Positions 17,885 through 26,355 of a stretch of DNA of 45,595 nucleotides are shown in pieces; within the stretch, counting starts at the first letter, position 1, and each line of letters starts with the position of its first letter. The translations under genes were made by a program, and so were the position numbers. The notes beneath the pieces were generated by a model. The model worked only from the letters and a program-made list of their open reading frames with translations, did no database searches and was not told where the DNA came from. Source of the stretch: an uncultured virus (IMG/VR IMGVR_UViG_3300028903_000203) (lineage: Duplodnaviria > Heunggongvirae > Uroviricota > Caudoviricetes); IMG/VR virus record IMGVR_UViG_3300028903_000203. The stretch is one strand, 5' to 3'.

Positions 17885-18200
17885 CCGGGGGCCGGTCAGC
17901 CCCCTAACTACCGGCCCCCGGTCTCCTGACAGGACGGCGGCGCGGGCTGGACACTCTAGGCAGCGCTTGTGGCGCGGCAGCCGGCCCGTCCACTTCCTCC
18001 CGGGCGGATTTCTGTGATATAGGTTATGTCACCTCTACGGAAAGACCGACATGCTGGACTGGGACCGCCCGAGGGTCTACTTCTCGCGGTCTCGCTGCCG
18101 GGGACAAAGGACTGCCCATGTCGTTCTGGCAGCGGTCCACCGCCCACGTATTTGGCGCACAAAGTAGCCGCATCTGCCCCCCTTGCTTGATTTTTGCCAC

Positions 18201-18229
18201 TTGACAAATCCACTACTTTGTAGTATAAT
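18201..18229 (+). promoter_or_regulatory. Perfect sigma70 promoter with overlapping ACTAC-N3-GTAG operators
   Basis: TTGACA-N17-TATAAT; ACTACTTTGTAGT at 18212-18224 and ACTACAGTGTAG at 18231-18242. Confidence 0.85.
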
Positions 18230-18284
18230 CACTACAGTGTAGCAATTGTAGTGATGATGCTACGGCAAAGCCAGGACAAAGGCT

Positions 18285-18515
18285 ATGCGTGAATATGTAA
18301 AGCAGGCACTCAAAAGAATCCTCACCCGGCTCGGGCTGGTGGCGCTTTCCCCCACCGCCCGCCAGCGCATTGCCTCCGCCCTGCAAGATCAAATCCACAT
18401 CCTGGAAGATGAAGCCCGTTTCTACCGCACCCTCCCCGACGACATGGGAGCGGCCCTGGCGACCGTGGCACAGGAGCGGCAGGACGTTACCGCGCTCCTG
18501 CGGCAAGTGGCGTAA
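18285..18515 (+). CDS. Hypothetical small helical protein
   Basis: First ORF after the consensus promoter, co-oriented with the operon. Confidence 0.65.
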   Translation: MREYVKQALKRILTRLGLVALSPTARQRIASALQDQIHILEDEARFYRTLPDDMGAALATVAQERQDVTALLRQVA

Positions 18516-18530
18516 CCCTGGAGGACTGCT

Positions 18531-18860
18531 ATGGCTGGTCGCTCGTGGAAACAACAGTGGTACGTAGAGAGCTACTCGGACCCGGACAAAGAGTACACGG
18601 TGTCCGAGGACTATGACGGCAGCTTTGCTTGCAGTTGCCCCGCGTGGAAGTTCCACACCCCTCGGACCGACTGCAAGCACATCAAGGCCATCAAGAACCG
18701 CCGCTACAGCGCATCCCGGCAGGAAGCCCAGGTCGCCCGCAGCGCGGCAACCCCGGTTCCCCGCCCGGCCCCGGCTCCCGCTCCCGCAGCCGTGGCTGCG
18801 CCAGTGGTATCGTCTGGCCCGGTGAACGAAACTATCCGCGTTGTGGCTTGGGACTTGTAG
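18531..18860 (+). CDS. SWIM zinc-finger protein
   Basis: YTVS..GSFACSCPAWKF..DCKHIK (CxC-xn-CxH); GGAGG RBS. Confidence 0.8.
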   Translation: MAGRSWKQQWYVESYSDPDKEYTVSEDYDGSFACSCPAWKFHTPRTDCKHIKAIKNRRYSASRQEAQVARSAATPVPRPAPAPAPAAVAAPVVSSGPVNETIRVVAWDL

Positions 18861-18869
18861 AGGACAGCC

Positions 18870-18941
18870 ATGCTCGAACTGTGCATTATCTGCGGTCTCC
18901 TGTGGTTGGCGGTAGACCTAATCTGGCGGCGGCGCGGGTGA
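18870..18941 (+). CDS. Possible 23-aa membrane peptide MLELCIICGLLWLAVDLIWRRRG
   Basis: AGAGGA RBS; hydrophobic core with a basic tail. Confidence 0.4.
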   Translation: MLELCIICGLLWLAVDLIWRRRG

Positions 18942-19062
18942 CCACGGCCCCGCACCCTAACTTTCGCCATTGAGCCATTGGGGCTCTTGGCCGGTGGGAT
19001 GCTCTAGGCGAATCCTGCCGGAATACCTGCCCTTACGGGCGTCAGCACGAGGAGGATGCGTC

Positions 19063-20229
19063 ATGGCACGAACAGCAGCGAAACCGAAGGCGAAGGAACC
19101 CCCGGTGGACCTCACCGGCCTGCTGGATGGGTTCCCCGACGTGGACCGGCCCCCGAGCTTCCTGTGGGTCCAGTTCGGTCACAAGCTCGTCATGGTCACT
19201 GACGGTGACGAAACCAAGGGAGCCTTTGAGGTTCCCCTGGACCGGATGCCGGAAGAAGTGGCCGCCCTGCTCCCCACCGAGATCACCGTGGCCGGGGAGC
19301 CCTACCGCATCGAGCGCCGCAACGTGGCGCACCAGGAAGGCACGGCCAAGGTGCCGGCCCTCCTGATGCGGGGCCTCAACTACGTGTTCTTTGGCAAGCG
19401 CCCGACCATCTGGGAGTTGGCCAAGGGCCAGCCCGCCGCCCCCTACGCCGCCGGTGCGCACAGCAAGGACCAGTACGTGGGCGTGTGGCTCGATGCCTGG
19501 CCCCACATCACGTGGTTCATGCTCACCGTGTCGTCCAAGGCGGCCCAGGCGGTCGGCGATGTTGTCAAGGCGCTGGAAGACCTCCTGCGCCAGGTCCAGG
19601 GGCGCACGAAGCGGAGCCTGCCGCAGTACGCGGTGGCTGTCCCGCTGCTCTGCGGCGAAGTCACGGCGATGGAAGATGGCGGCTCCGTTGTCGCCATCGA
19701 GCACGGCCTGCCCGCCGGTCTGAACGACATGGCGGCGTTCACCAGCCTGCTCATCCCGCCGGATGTGCGCGAGTTCCTGGCCGATCCGCAGCGGCAAGCT
19801 GAGGTCCGGGCCGCTGGCTTTGTCCCCCTGTGGGAGAAGCCGGCCCAGGCGGACCCCGATGAGCGGCCCCCGCGCTATCGGCGCACCGATGAGTACACCG
19901 GGTCGGCCGAGGACGAAGGCGAACCGCGCCCCTTCCCCGAAGGTGCGCGGCGGCCCGCCGGCCGGGGACCCGCGACCCCTCCGCAGACGCCCCGCCCCCC
20001 ACTGGGCGGCAACGGCAGCCTGCGGGTCAAGGTCACGCTCGACGCCAAGGACGTGCCCGCGCAGTACCACGGCTTCTTGGGCACGACCTTTGCCGACATC
20101 GCCGCCCAGGAGGGGGGCCTGTCCTTCATCGAGTGGGTCGCGCGGCGCGACCCGACCGGCCTGAATCCCGGCGCGCAGGCCATCTCGCGCCAGGCCGCCA
20201 ACGTCATCGACACTCTGGCGTCGGCGTAG
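19063..20229 (+). CDS. Hypothetical protein in recombination-module position (possible ssDNA-annealing/binding protein)
   Basis: GAGGAGG RBS, strong GC3 codon bias, directly upstream of the Cas4-like nuclease and SSB. Confidence 0.7.
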   Translation: MARTAAKPKAKEPPVDLTGLLDGFPDVDRPPSFLWVQFGHKLVMVTDGDETKGAFEVPLDRMPEEVAALLPTEITVAGEPYRIERRNVAHQEGTAKVPALLMRGLNYVFFGKRPTIWELAKGQPAAPYAAGAHSKDQYVGVWLDAWPHITWFMLTVSSKAAQAVGDVVKALEDLLRQVQGRTKRSLPQYAVAVPLLCGEVTAMEDGGSVVAIEHGLPAGLNDMAAFTSLLIPPDVREFLADPQRQAEVRAAGFVPLWEKPAQADPDERPPRYRRTDEYTGSAEDEGEPRPFPEGARRPAGRGPATPPQTPRPPLGGNGSLRVKVTLDAKDVPAQYHGFLGTTFADIAAQEGGLSFIEWVARRDPTGLNPGAQAISRQAANVIDTLASA

Positions 20230-20284
20230 CACGCCGCTGCGTGGGCGGGGGAATCACTCCCCCGCCCACCAGCAGGAGGAAACG

Positions 20285-21322
20285 ATGCCCATCTGCGGTT
20301 TTCACTGCAAGCGCGGCGGCGGCGCGCGGGAAAAGGTGCCTTTCGACGTGTGCCTGCGCGAGTGTGCTACGCTCGGGCCCTTCCCGCCCTGTGGCACCGA
20401 CTACAGCATCCTGCGGGGAATTGCCTTGCACAACCGGCAACCGGCCCCCCTGACAGAGACGACCGTGACCCAAATCACCGGCTGTCTCACCAAGACCTGG
20501 CTGGAGCGCACCACGCCGGAAATCTACGTTCGCCCCGAGGCTTGGTGGTATCGCTTCCGGGGGCAGATCGCGCACCTTGTCGCCGCCCGGTATCCCTACC
20601 CCGGCGCGGTGGTGGAGCGGCGGTTCCGCGCCCCGCTGAACGGCGGGGACTGGACGATTTCCGGCCAGCCCGACACCCTGGAGCCTTTCGGCTTGGCGGC
20701 GGAGGCTCTGCCCGACATCACCGTTCCGCCCCGCAAAAAGCTGTACCTGGCCCCCTGGAACGCGGAAGTGTGGCCGGAGGCCACCTGCGCCCACTGTGAC
20801 CAGCCGCCGCTTTTCGTGGCGCGGTATCGGGAACAGCAGCCGCCGGCATACGTGGCCGCCCTCTGCGCCGAGCACTTTGAGGCGGAACGCACCGCCGCCC
20901 GCGTCTACCACCGGCTGCTGGAGTGGAAGACGACCCGGTGGGTGCCGAAGGAAATCTACGCGCACCACCAGCGGCAGCTTATCGCCTACTTTGTCCTGGC
21001 GGAAAAGGCCGGCCTGCCCGTCCGGGACGTGCGGGCGGTCTACATGGACATGGGGATGCAGCGCACCATCTCGTATCCCCTGCCCCTCTCGAAAGTGCCG
21101 CAGTACTGGCAGGAATGGCTGGTGCCCCAGGCCGAAGACCTGCTGACGGCGCTGAACGACGGATTCGTGCCGGAGCCGGGGCCGCTACACGAGGACTGGG
21201 AGTGCTCGCGCTGTGATGTCGCGTTCCTCTGCGGCTATCGCACCCGCAAGCAGAGCAAGCCCAGGCGCAAAGGCACCACGCGGCGCGCCGCGGCGGTCGA
21301 GGTACTTGCCGAGGCCGCCTAG
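20285..21322 (+). CDS. Cas4/AddB-like PD-(D/E)XK exonuclease with an inserted Zn-finger-like segment
   Basis: GCLTKTW, ISGQPD, LLEWKT, QLIAY and C-terminal CSRC..LC; CAHC..LCAEH insert between the PD and EWK motifs. Confidence 0.8.
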   Translation: MPICGFHCKRGGGAREKVPFDVCLRECATLGPFPPCGTDYSILRGIALHNRQPAPLTETTVTQITGCLTKTWLERTTPEIYVRPEAWWYRFRGQIAHLVAARYPYPGAVVERRFRAPLNGGDWTISGQPDTLEPFGLAAEALPDITVPPRKKLYLAPWNAEVWPEATCAHCDQPPLFVARYREQQPPAYVAALCAEHFEAERTAARVYHRLLEWKTTRWVPKEIYAHHQRQLIAYFVLAEKAGLPVRDVRAVYMDMGMQRTISYPLPLSKVPQYWQEWLVPQAEDLLTALNDGFVPEPGPLHEDWECSRCDVAFLCGYRTRKQSKPRRKGTTRRAAAVEVLAEAA

Positions 21323-21410
21323 CCCGCACCGCTGGAAGCAGTACCGCTTTTGGACTGTTGGTGAGGGCCCTACACAGTAGGGCCGAGGACACAAGCAAGG
21401 AGGATTGGCA

Positions 21411-21827
21411 ATGCGTGGACTGAACAAGGTAATGCTGATGGGAAACCTGGGTGGGGACCCCGAGATGAGGTACACCCCCGCCGGGAAAGCGGTGACGACC
21501 TTCAGCGTCGCCGCGAACCGCTCCTGGCAGGACCGGGCCACCGGGGAGCAGCACAAGGACACGACCTGGTTCAACGTCGTGGCCTGGGAGCACCTGGCCG
21601 ATGTCGCGGTCAAGTTCCTGCACAAGGGCGATCCGGTCTACGTCGAGGGCCGGCTCCAGACCCGGAGCTGGGATGCCCCGGACGGCTCGAAGCGCTACAA
21701 GACCGAGGTCGTGGCGCAGGAAATCATCCTGCTGCCGCGCGGCGAGGCCGGCGGCGAGGGCTTCGCGGGCGGGGAGGAGGAAGCGGGCGAGGAAGCCCCG
21801 CTGACGGAGGAAGACCTGCCCTTCTAG
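21411..21827 (+). CDS. ssb: Single-stranded DNA-binding protein
   Basis: GLNKVMLMGNLGGDPEMRYTP..WFNVVAW..KGDPVYVEGRLQTRSW; acidic tail EEDLPF. Confidence 0.97.
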   Translation: MRGLNKVMLMGNLGGDPEMRYTPAGKAVTTFSVAANRSWQDRATGEQHKDTTWFNVVAWEHLADVAVKFLHKGDPVYVEGRLQTRSWDAPDGSKRYKTEVVAQEIILLPRGEAGGEGFAGGEEEAGEEAPLTEEDLPF

Positions 21828-21841
21828 CGGCAGGCGACCGG

Positions 21842-21871
21842 ATGGGGGCGGGCGGCAGTGCCCGCCCCCAT
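21842..21871 (+). terminator. Hairpin after ssb
   Basis: ATGGGGGCGGGC-N6-GCCCGCCCCCAT followed by a short T run. Confidence 0.5.
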
Positions 21872-21918
21872 TTCCCGGTAATCACAGCACCAGGGGCAGC
21901 CCTGGCAGGAGGAGTGAC

Positions 21919-22422
21919 GTGGATGTAGCAAAGTTACTGGAACAAGCGCGGGCAGCGCAGGCCCAGGACGGGGCGGCGCTCTACCCGGTGCCGGTGGCGG
22001 CCGTGGCCGCGTTGAGCGAACTGGCCCAAACCGCCCTGGCCTATATGCAGACCCAAGCGGACAATGTGGTCCTGACGCTGTTGCCGGCGGGCACGGTTCT
22101 CGGCCCCGAGTGGACGCGGGCGACTGCCGCGGAGCACCAGGCCCGCTGTCAGCTCGAGGGATTGCTCGGTCAGTACTTGGAAACGGGTCGGCCGGCGTTG
22201 GCCGGGCTGGACGGTGCAACGCGCCATGCCGTGCTGTTGGCCTGGGCCGCAGAACATGGGGGGTTGCCCCCGGCCCTGTTCATCGAGGCAGTTGGCGGCA
22301 TTGGGCTGGACAGCTTGACGACGACCAAGCCCCGCATGCGCGACAAGCTAGGCTACACCTGGGAGCTGCGGGAGGGCCGGTTCCACGTGACGGGCCGGCC
22401 CGAGAAGGCGGCCGGCAACTAA
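21919..22422 (+). CDS. Hypothetical protein
   Basis: GGAGGAG RBS before GTG; operon context. Confidence 0.65.
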   Translation: MDVAKLLEQARAAQAQDGAALYPVPVAAVAALSELAQTALAYMQTQADNVVLTLLPAGTVLGPEWTRATAAEHQARCQLEGLLGQYLETGRPALAGLDGATRHAVLLAWAAEHGGLPPALFIEAVGGIGLDSLTTTKPRMRDKLGYTWELREGRFHVTGRPEKAAGN

Positions 22423-22456
22423 ACGGGGGCCACCGGGTCCCCGGTGAGGAGAACCA

Positions 22457-22918
22457 ATGGACAAGCAAGAACTGGCGCGATTGATTGCCGACACCGGCCT
22501 GACTTCGGACGTGCTTAGCCGGGAGGCCCAGCAAATCGTGCTCCAACTGAGCGCCTTGGCGGAGCAAGAGATTGCCTGGGGGCGGGAAACTATCGCCGCG
22601 GACCTGGAGCGGTATAGCCAGCAGGCTGAGGCGCTGCTCGACCGGCTGGAGAAACTGGCCCCGGTCGTGAATATCGGCGTGGCCGATGGCAACGCTACCT
22701 ACGTGGTCGTGGGCCAGAATAACGGGTGGGCCCTGGTCATGTGGGTGTGGGGCGGGCTGGACAACTATGAGGATTCCTTCGGCTGGCTCCTGTACGCTCC
22801 GTGGGAGCACGTACAGGAAATGGCCCGGCGAGAACGTGGGCTGGGGGAACTCTTTGCGCGCAAGCAGGCGGAGTTAGCGTCCGCCAACGTCGAGCAGGCG
22901 CTCGTAGAGGTCGCCTAG
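22457..22918 (+). CDS. Hypothetical protein
   Basis: GAGGAG RBS; operon context. Confidence 0.7.
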   Translation: MDKQELARLIADTGLTSDVLSREAQQIVLQLSALAEQEIAWGRETIAADLERYSQQAEALLDRLEKLAPVVNIGVADGNATYVVVGQNNGWALVMWVWGGLDNYEDSFGWLLYAPWEHVQEMARRERGLGELFARKQAELASANVEQALVEVA

Positions 22919-22931
22919 CGAGGAGCAAGGT

Positions 22932-23960
22932 ATGCGGCCGGTAGTGGTCTGTGCGGGGATTGGCGTAGACTCCAGCAGCGTCCTGGCTTTGCTGGCCGGG
23001 GGCGATCCCCGACTGGCCGGCCAGCGCTCGCGCCTGGCGGCCGTCGCCACCAGCGACTTGGAAACGGAAGACCCCACCACCTACGTGTTCCGTGACCACT
23101 ACCTGCGGCCCTTCCTCCAGGAGCGGGGGATGGAGCTGGTGGTGGTGTCCCCCGCGGTGCGCGACCGGCATGGCCAGGTGCACAGCAACCTCTACGACTA
23201 CTACTTCGCCCAGGGCATGGTGCCTTCCCGCGCCAGGCGTAGTTGCACCGACAGGTTCAAGATTGCCCGCGTGAAGCAGTACATCCGGGAGCAGGTGGGG
23301 CCGGAGGCCGAGGTCATTATTGGCTTCGATTGCCAGGAGGCCACCCGCGCGGCCAAGCTCCGGAATACCGCCGCGTTCACCTACTCTTGCCCGATGATGG
23401 ACCTGGGCATGGACCGGCTGGATGCCTGTGCCACCTTGCTCCGCTTTGGCCTGCCGGTGCCGCGCCGCTCCGCCTGTTTCTGTTGCCCGTTTGCGAAGTC
23501 CGACGACTGGGCCGCCCTGTCCCGCCAGCAGCCGGCCCGCTACCAACAGTGCGTGGACATGGAGGAAGAAGTGCGGCGGGTACGCGGCCGGGAACTGCTG
23601 TTGGGGCGCAAGCCGCTGCGGGACTATCCGCAGCCGCGCGTCTACCGCGTGCCGGCCGAGCCGCAGCGCTTGTTCGCGCGAGCCCAGAGCCTGCTCGGGC
23701 AGATCACCCCCGCCTGGCCGTCGCAGGCCCTCTGCCTGGCCGCGCAGGAGCTCTATGGCGCTGACTGGCCGGTGGCCGTGCGGGCGTTCAAGATTGGTCC
23801 CAAGCCGCTCCTGGACCCCTGGCAACTGTACCTGCGGCTGGAACACTGTCTGGAAAGGGGCACCCCGCTGCCGGTCGCCGCAACGCGGCCCTGTGGCGCG
23901 GTCGAGCTGAGTAGGCCCGTGGACTTGCCCAGTAGCGGGGTGGCAAGTTTGGTGCTGTAG
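22932..23960 (+). CDS. PAPS-reductase-like / PP-loop (adenine nucleotide alpha-hydrolase) protein
   Basis: GIGVDSS (SGGxDS-like), RSCTDRFKI, IIGFDCQEATR, CPMMDLGMDR, SACFCCPF. Confidence 0.8.
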   Translation: MRPVVVCAGIGVDSSSVLALLAGGDPRLAGQRSRLAAVATSDLETEDPTTYVFRDHYLRPFLQERGMELVVVSPAVRDRHGQVHSNLYDYYFAQGMVPSRARRSCTDRFKIARVKQYIREQVGPEAEVIIGFDCQEATRAAKLRNTAAFTYSCPMMDLGMDRLDACATLLRFGLPVPRRSACFCCPFAKSDDWAALSRQQPARYQQCVDMEEEVRRVRGRELLLGRKPLRDYPQPRVYRVPAEPQRLFARAQSLLGQITPAWPSQALCLAAQELYGADWPVAVRAFKIGPKPLLDPWQLYLRLEHCLERGTPLPVAATRPCGAVELSRPVDLPSSGVASLVL

Positions 23961-23985
23961 CCACTGCGCCGCTAGGAGCAGAGCG

Positions 23986-24597
23986 ATGGTTGGCCCGACG
24001 ACAGAGGCAACGACTACGATGGAGAGCCTGGCCCAAGCGTTGGCCGCCGCGTTAGGTCCCGAGTGGCGGGTCAAGCCCCCGTGTGGGGCGTGGCAGGCGT
24101 GGCTGGTCCGGGATGCCGATGGCGCTACGCTGCACTTAGAGATGACCAGCCCCGGGTCGGCCGGCTTGCGCGTGGCCGTTGCCGGCACCTACCCTTGCTA
24201 CAAAGGGACCTCGTGCTATCCGGGTGATTGGGACAAGCGCCCGCGCCGCTCGTGCGCCGTGGCGCGGGGTCCGGCCGCCATCGGACGGGATTTCCTGACC
24301 CACTTTCTGCCCCGCTATCTCGAGCTGTACGCGGAAGCACTGGCGCGGCAGCAACGGTATGCGGCGGCAGAAAATGTCAAGACCACACAGGTGCGGGCGG
24401 TGCTGGAAGCGCTAGGCCGGCCCGACCTGGAACCTGGGGCCCAGACCGTCCTCTATGCAGGGGACGTGCGGGTGACGGTGGACGCTATCAAGGCCGATAG
24501 CCTGCACCTGAAGCTGGAAGGAGTGACGGCGAGCCAGGCTGTGGCTATCGCCGCGGTACTGCGGCCCCGTGCGCCGCAACCGGGAGACGAGTCATGA
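23986..24597 (+). CDS. Hypothetical protein
   Basis: AGGAG RBS; ATGA overlap with the next gene. Confidence 0.65.
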   Translation: MVGPTTEATTTMESLAQALAAALGPEWRVKPPCGAWQAWLVRDADGATLHLEMTSPGSAGLRVAVAGTYPCYKGTSCYPGDWDKRPRRSCAVARGPAAIGRDFLTHFLPRYLELYAEALARQQRYAAAENVKTTQVRAVLEALGRPDLEPGAQTVLYAGDVRVTVDAIKADSLHLKLEGVTASQAVAIAAVLRPRAPQPGDES

Positions 24598-24818
24598 GCG
24601 CGATTCGCACCCAGAGTGATTTCTGTGTCCCGTTGCCGGAGGCAATCCGCGACTTTGCCCAAAAGTACGGCCGGCTCCCATCGCTGATCCTGGCCGGGCC
24701 GGGCGTCGTCTGGAACGAAGGCGACGTTGCGGGTATCGCCGTCGAGCAAAGCTATGGCCTGCCGGTAGGGCAATGCCGGCTGGTGCTGCTGGATGAGGCC
24801 GAAGCGCCCGCCGGATAA
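24594..24818 (+). CDS. Hypothetical small protein
   Basis: Translationally coupled by an ATGA overlap. Confidence 0.6.
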   Translation: MSAIRTQSDFCVPLPEAIRDFAQKYGRLPSLILAGPGVVWNEGDVAGIAVEQSYGLPVGQCRLVLLDEAEAPAG

Positions 24819-24822
24819 ATGC

Positions 24823-24854
24823 TTTGCTTTACTGCGAAATCCAACTGAAGCATC
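24823..24854. repeat. 32-bp imperfect palindrome, copy 3
   Basis: TTTGCTTTACTGCGA-AA-TCCAACTGAAGCATC, followed by AGGTAGGCTG as in copy 1. Confidence 0.85.
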
Positions 24855-24875
24855 GCAGGTAGGCTGGAGAAGCCA

Positions 24876-26342
24876 ATGCCGGACCAAATGACCCGTACTG
24901 CATGGCAACGCGCGACAGCGGCGTTGACGCGGCTCTCTGAGATTGCGTTGGCCCTGGCGGAAGATGGCACCGTGGTCGCGCTGTATGCCCAGGAGCATGA
25001 CCCGGTATATAACCTGCCGGTGGAAACCTGGGTAGGCACAGCTCTGGGCCAGGCCACCCGTTGGGTGCGGGTCGTGCGGGCGGAGTGGTTGGACCTACTC
25101 AAAGCTCTGCCGGGCCAGCAGCCCGTGTGTTTGACGCTCCGAGCGGCCCACTCCTCCCCCTTGCTGTGGGCAGCCGCCGCCCGGGCAGCATTGCCCGCCG
25201 AAGTTATTCCCCCGCCCGGAGCGCTGCGGCCCGAAGCAGCGGAACTGCATCTGGGGACAATCCCCGCCGGCCGCCTGGTCCAGGCGTTGTGTAAGCTCGC
25301 GGGCGCGATGGGCGCGGGCCGCGCCCTGCCCCGCGATCCCGCCGGTCTGGGCGTGCTCATCCGGCCGGGGGAGTTCGTGTTCACGGCTACAGACGGCTTT
25401 CGCCTCGGGCGTAGTCGCTGTGCAGCGGAGACCAGCGCGGTGTGGGACCAGGCCGTGGTCTGGCCGCGTCCGGCGGTTAGCCGCCTCGCGCGCTTGCTCG
25501 GCGAACAACCAGCGGACATGCCCGTGCAGTTCTTCCTCTCCCCGGGCCTTTCCTGCCGCTGGGTTGGGGGCCGCGTTGATGCGGCTTTGGATCAGCGTAT
25601 CTTCCCAGACTACGCGGCCACGTTACCGCGCGAACCCGGCCAGGTAGTAGCGCTGGACCATGCAGCCCTAAACGCCGCGCTGGACGCTATCCGGCAGTGG
25701 GGCACAGACCATGGTGTGAACTGGGCTCATGCCTACGCGCCCCCCGTGCGGCTGACGTTGCAAACGGGTGTATTGTCTTTGAGGGCGGAGACGGTGGTGG
25801 AAGGGGAGACGCGCTTCCCTGGGCAGCCGGCCGAGTGCCGCCAAGAGTTCGCGGAGGTTGGCCCTGGGCGGTTCCTGGTGGCCTACGCCTTCTCCTATTT
25901 AGCGCAGGTCGTGGCGGCATTGGACGGGCCGGTGGTCTACCTGGAAGTGCGGGAGCCGACTACCAGTTTGCGGGCCGGCTATCCCCCGCGCTGGCAGCCG
26001 CAGCCCCCGCCCTATCCGGCAGCCCGGCTCTGGACTGCCGCCGACCCGCACACCACCTGGTGGCTGATGCCGATGATGATCGACTGGCTGCGGGACGGCC
26101 TCTACCTTTATGAAGTCCTCACGCGAGATGTTGCAGCGCGGGCCGAGGCCCCTTTTCCGCCCGGTGGTGGCTTCCCCCTGGCGGTGGCGACGCAGGCGGC
26201 GCGGCTGGAAGTGTGGGCCGAGCGCCCCACGGCGCGTACCGCCGTGGTGGACGTGCGGCTGTTTCGTCAGTCGGGCGACTCGCTGGCCTCCCGGCGTTAC
26301 GAAGGACCTGACGCTGCCGCCTACTTGAGCGGGGTGCGGTAG
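24876..26342 (+). CDS. Divergent DNA polymerase III beta-clamp-like protein with terminal extensions
   Basis: FTATDGFRLG, IFPDY, AFSYLAQVVAAL and WLMPM resemble DnaN motifs ATDGHRL, FPDY, FNxxYL and LMPM. Confidence 0.7.
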   Translation: MPDQMTRTAWQRATAALTRLSEIALALAEDGTVVALYAQEHDPVYNLPVETWVGTALGQATRWVRVVRAEWLDLLKALPGQQPVCLTLRAAHSSPLLWAAAARAALPAEVIPPPGALRPEAAELHLGTIPAGRLVQALCKLAGAMGAGRALPRDPAGLGVLIRPGEFVFTATDGFRLGRSRCAAETSAVWDQAVVWPRPAVSRLARLLGEQPADMPVQFFLSPGLSCRWVGGRVDAALDQRIFPDYAATLPREPGQVVALDHAALNAALDAIRQWGTDHGVNWAHAYAPPVRLTLQTGVLSLRAETVVEGETRFPGQPAECRQEFAEVGPGRFLVAYAFSYLAQVVAALDGPVVYLEVREPTTSLRAGYPPRWQPQPPPYPAARLWTAADPHTTWWLMPMMIDWLRDGLYLYEVLTRDVAARAEAPFPPGGGFPLAVATQAARLEVWAERPTARTAVVDVRLFRQSGDSLASRRYEGPDAAAYLSGVR

Positions 26343-26355
26343 TACGAGGGGGGTA

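Noticed and set aside
20285..21322. Cas4-like gene as evidence of a CRISPR-Cas locus
   Set aside because: No repeat-spacer array or other cas genes are present; the ssb-adjacent context fits a solo recombination exonuclease.
19042..24188. Long antisense ORFs (19042-20232 and 22737-24188; also 30360-31631 and 39852-40982)
   Set aside because: These are shadow frames of high-GC3 genes on the opposite strand with no recognisable motifs.
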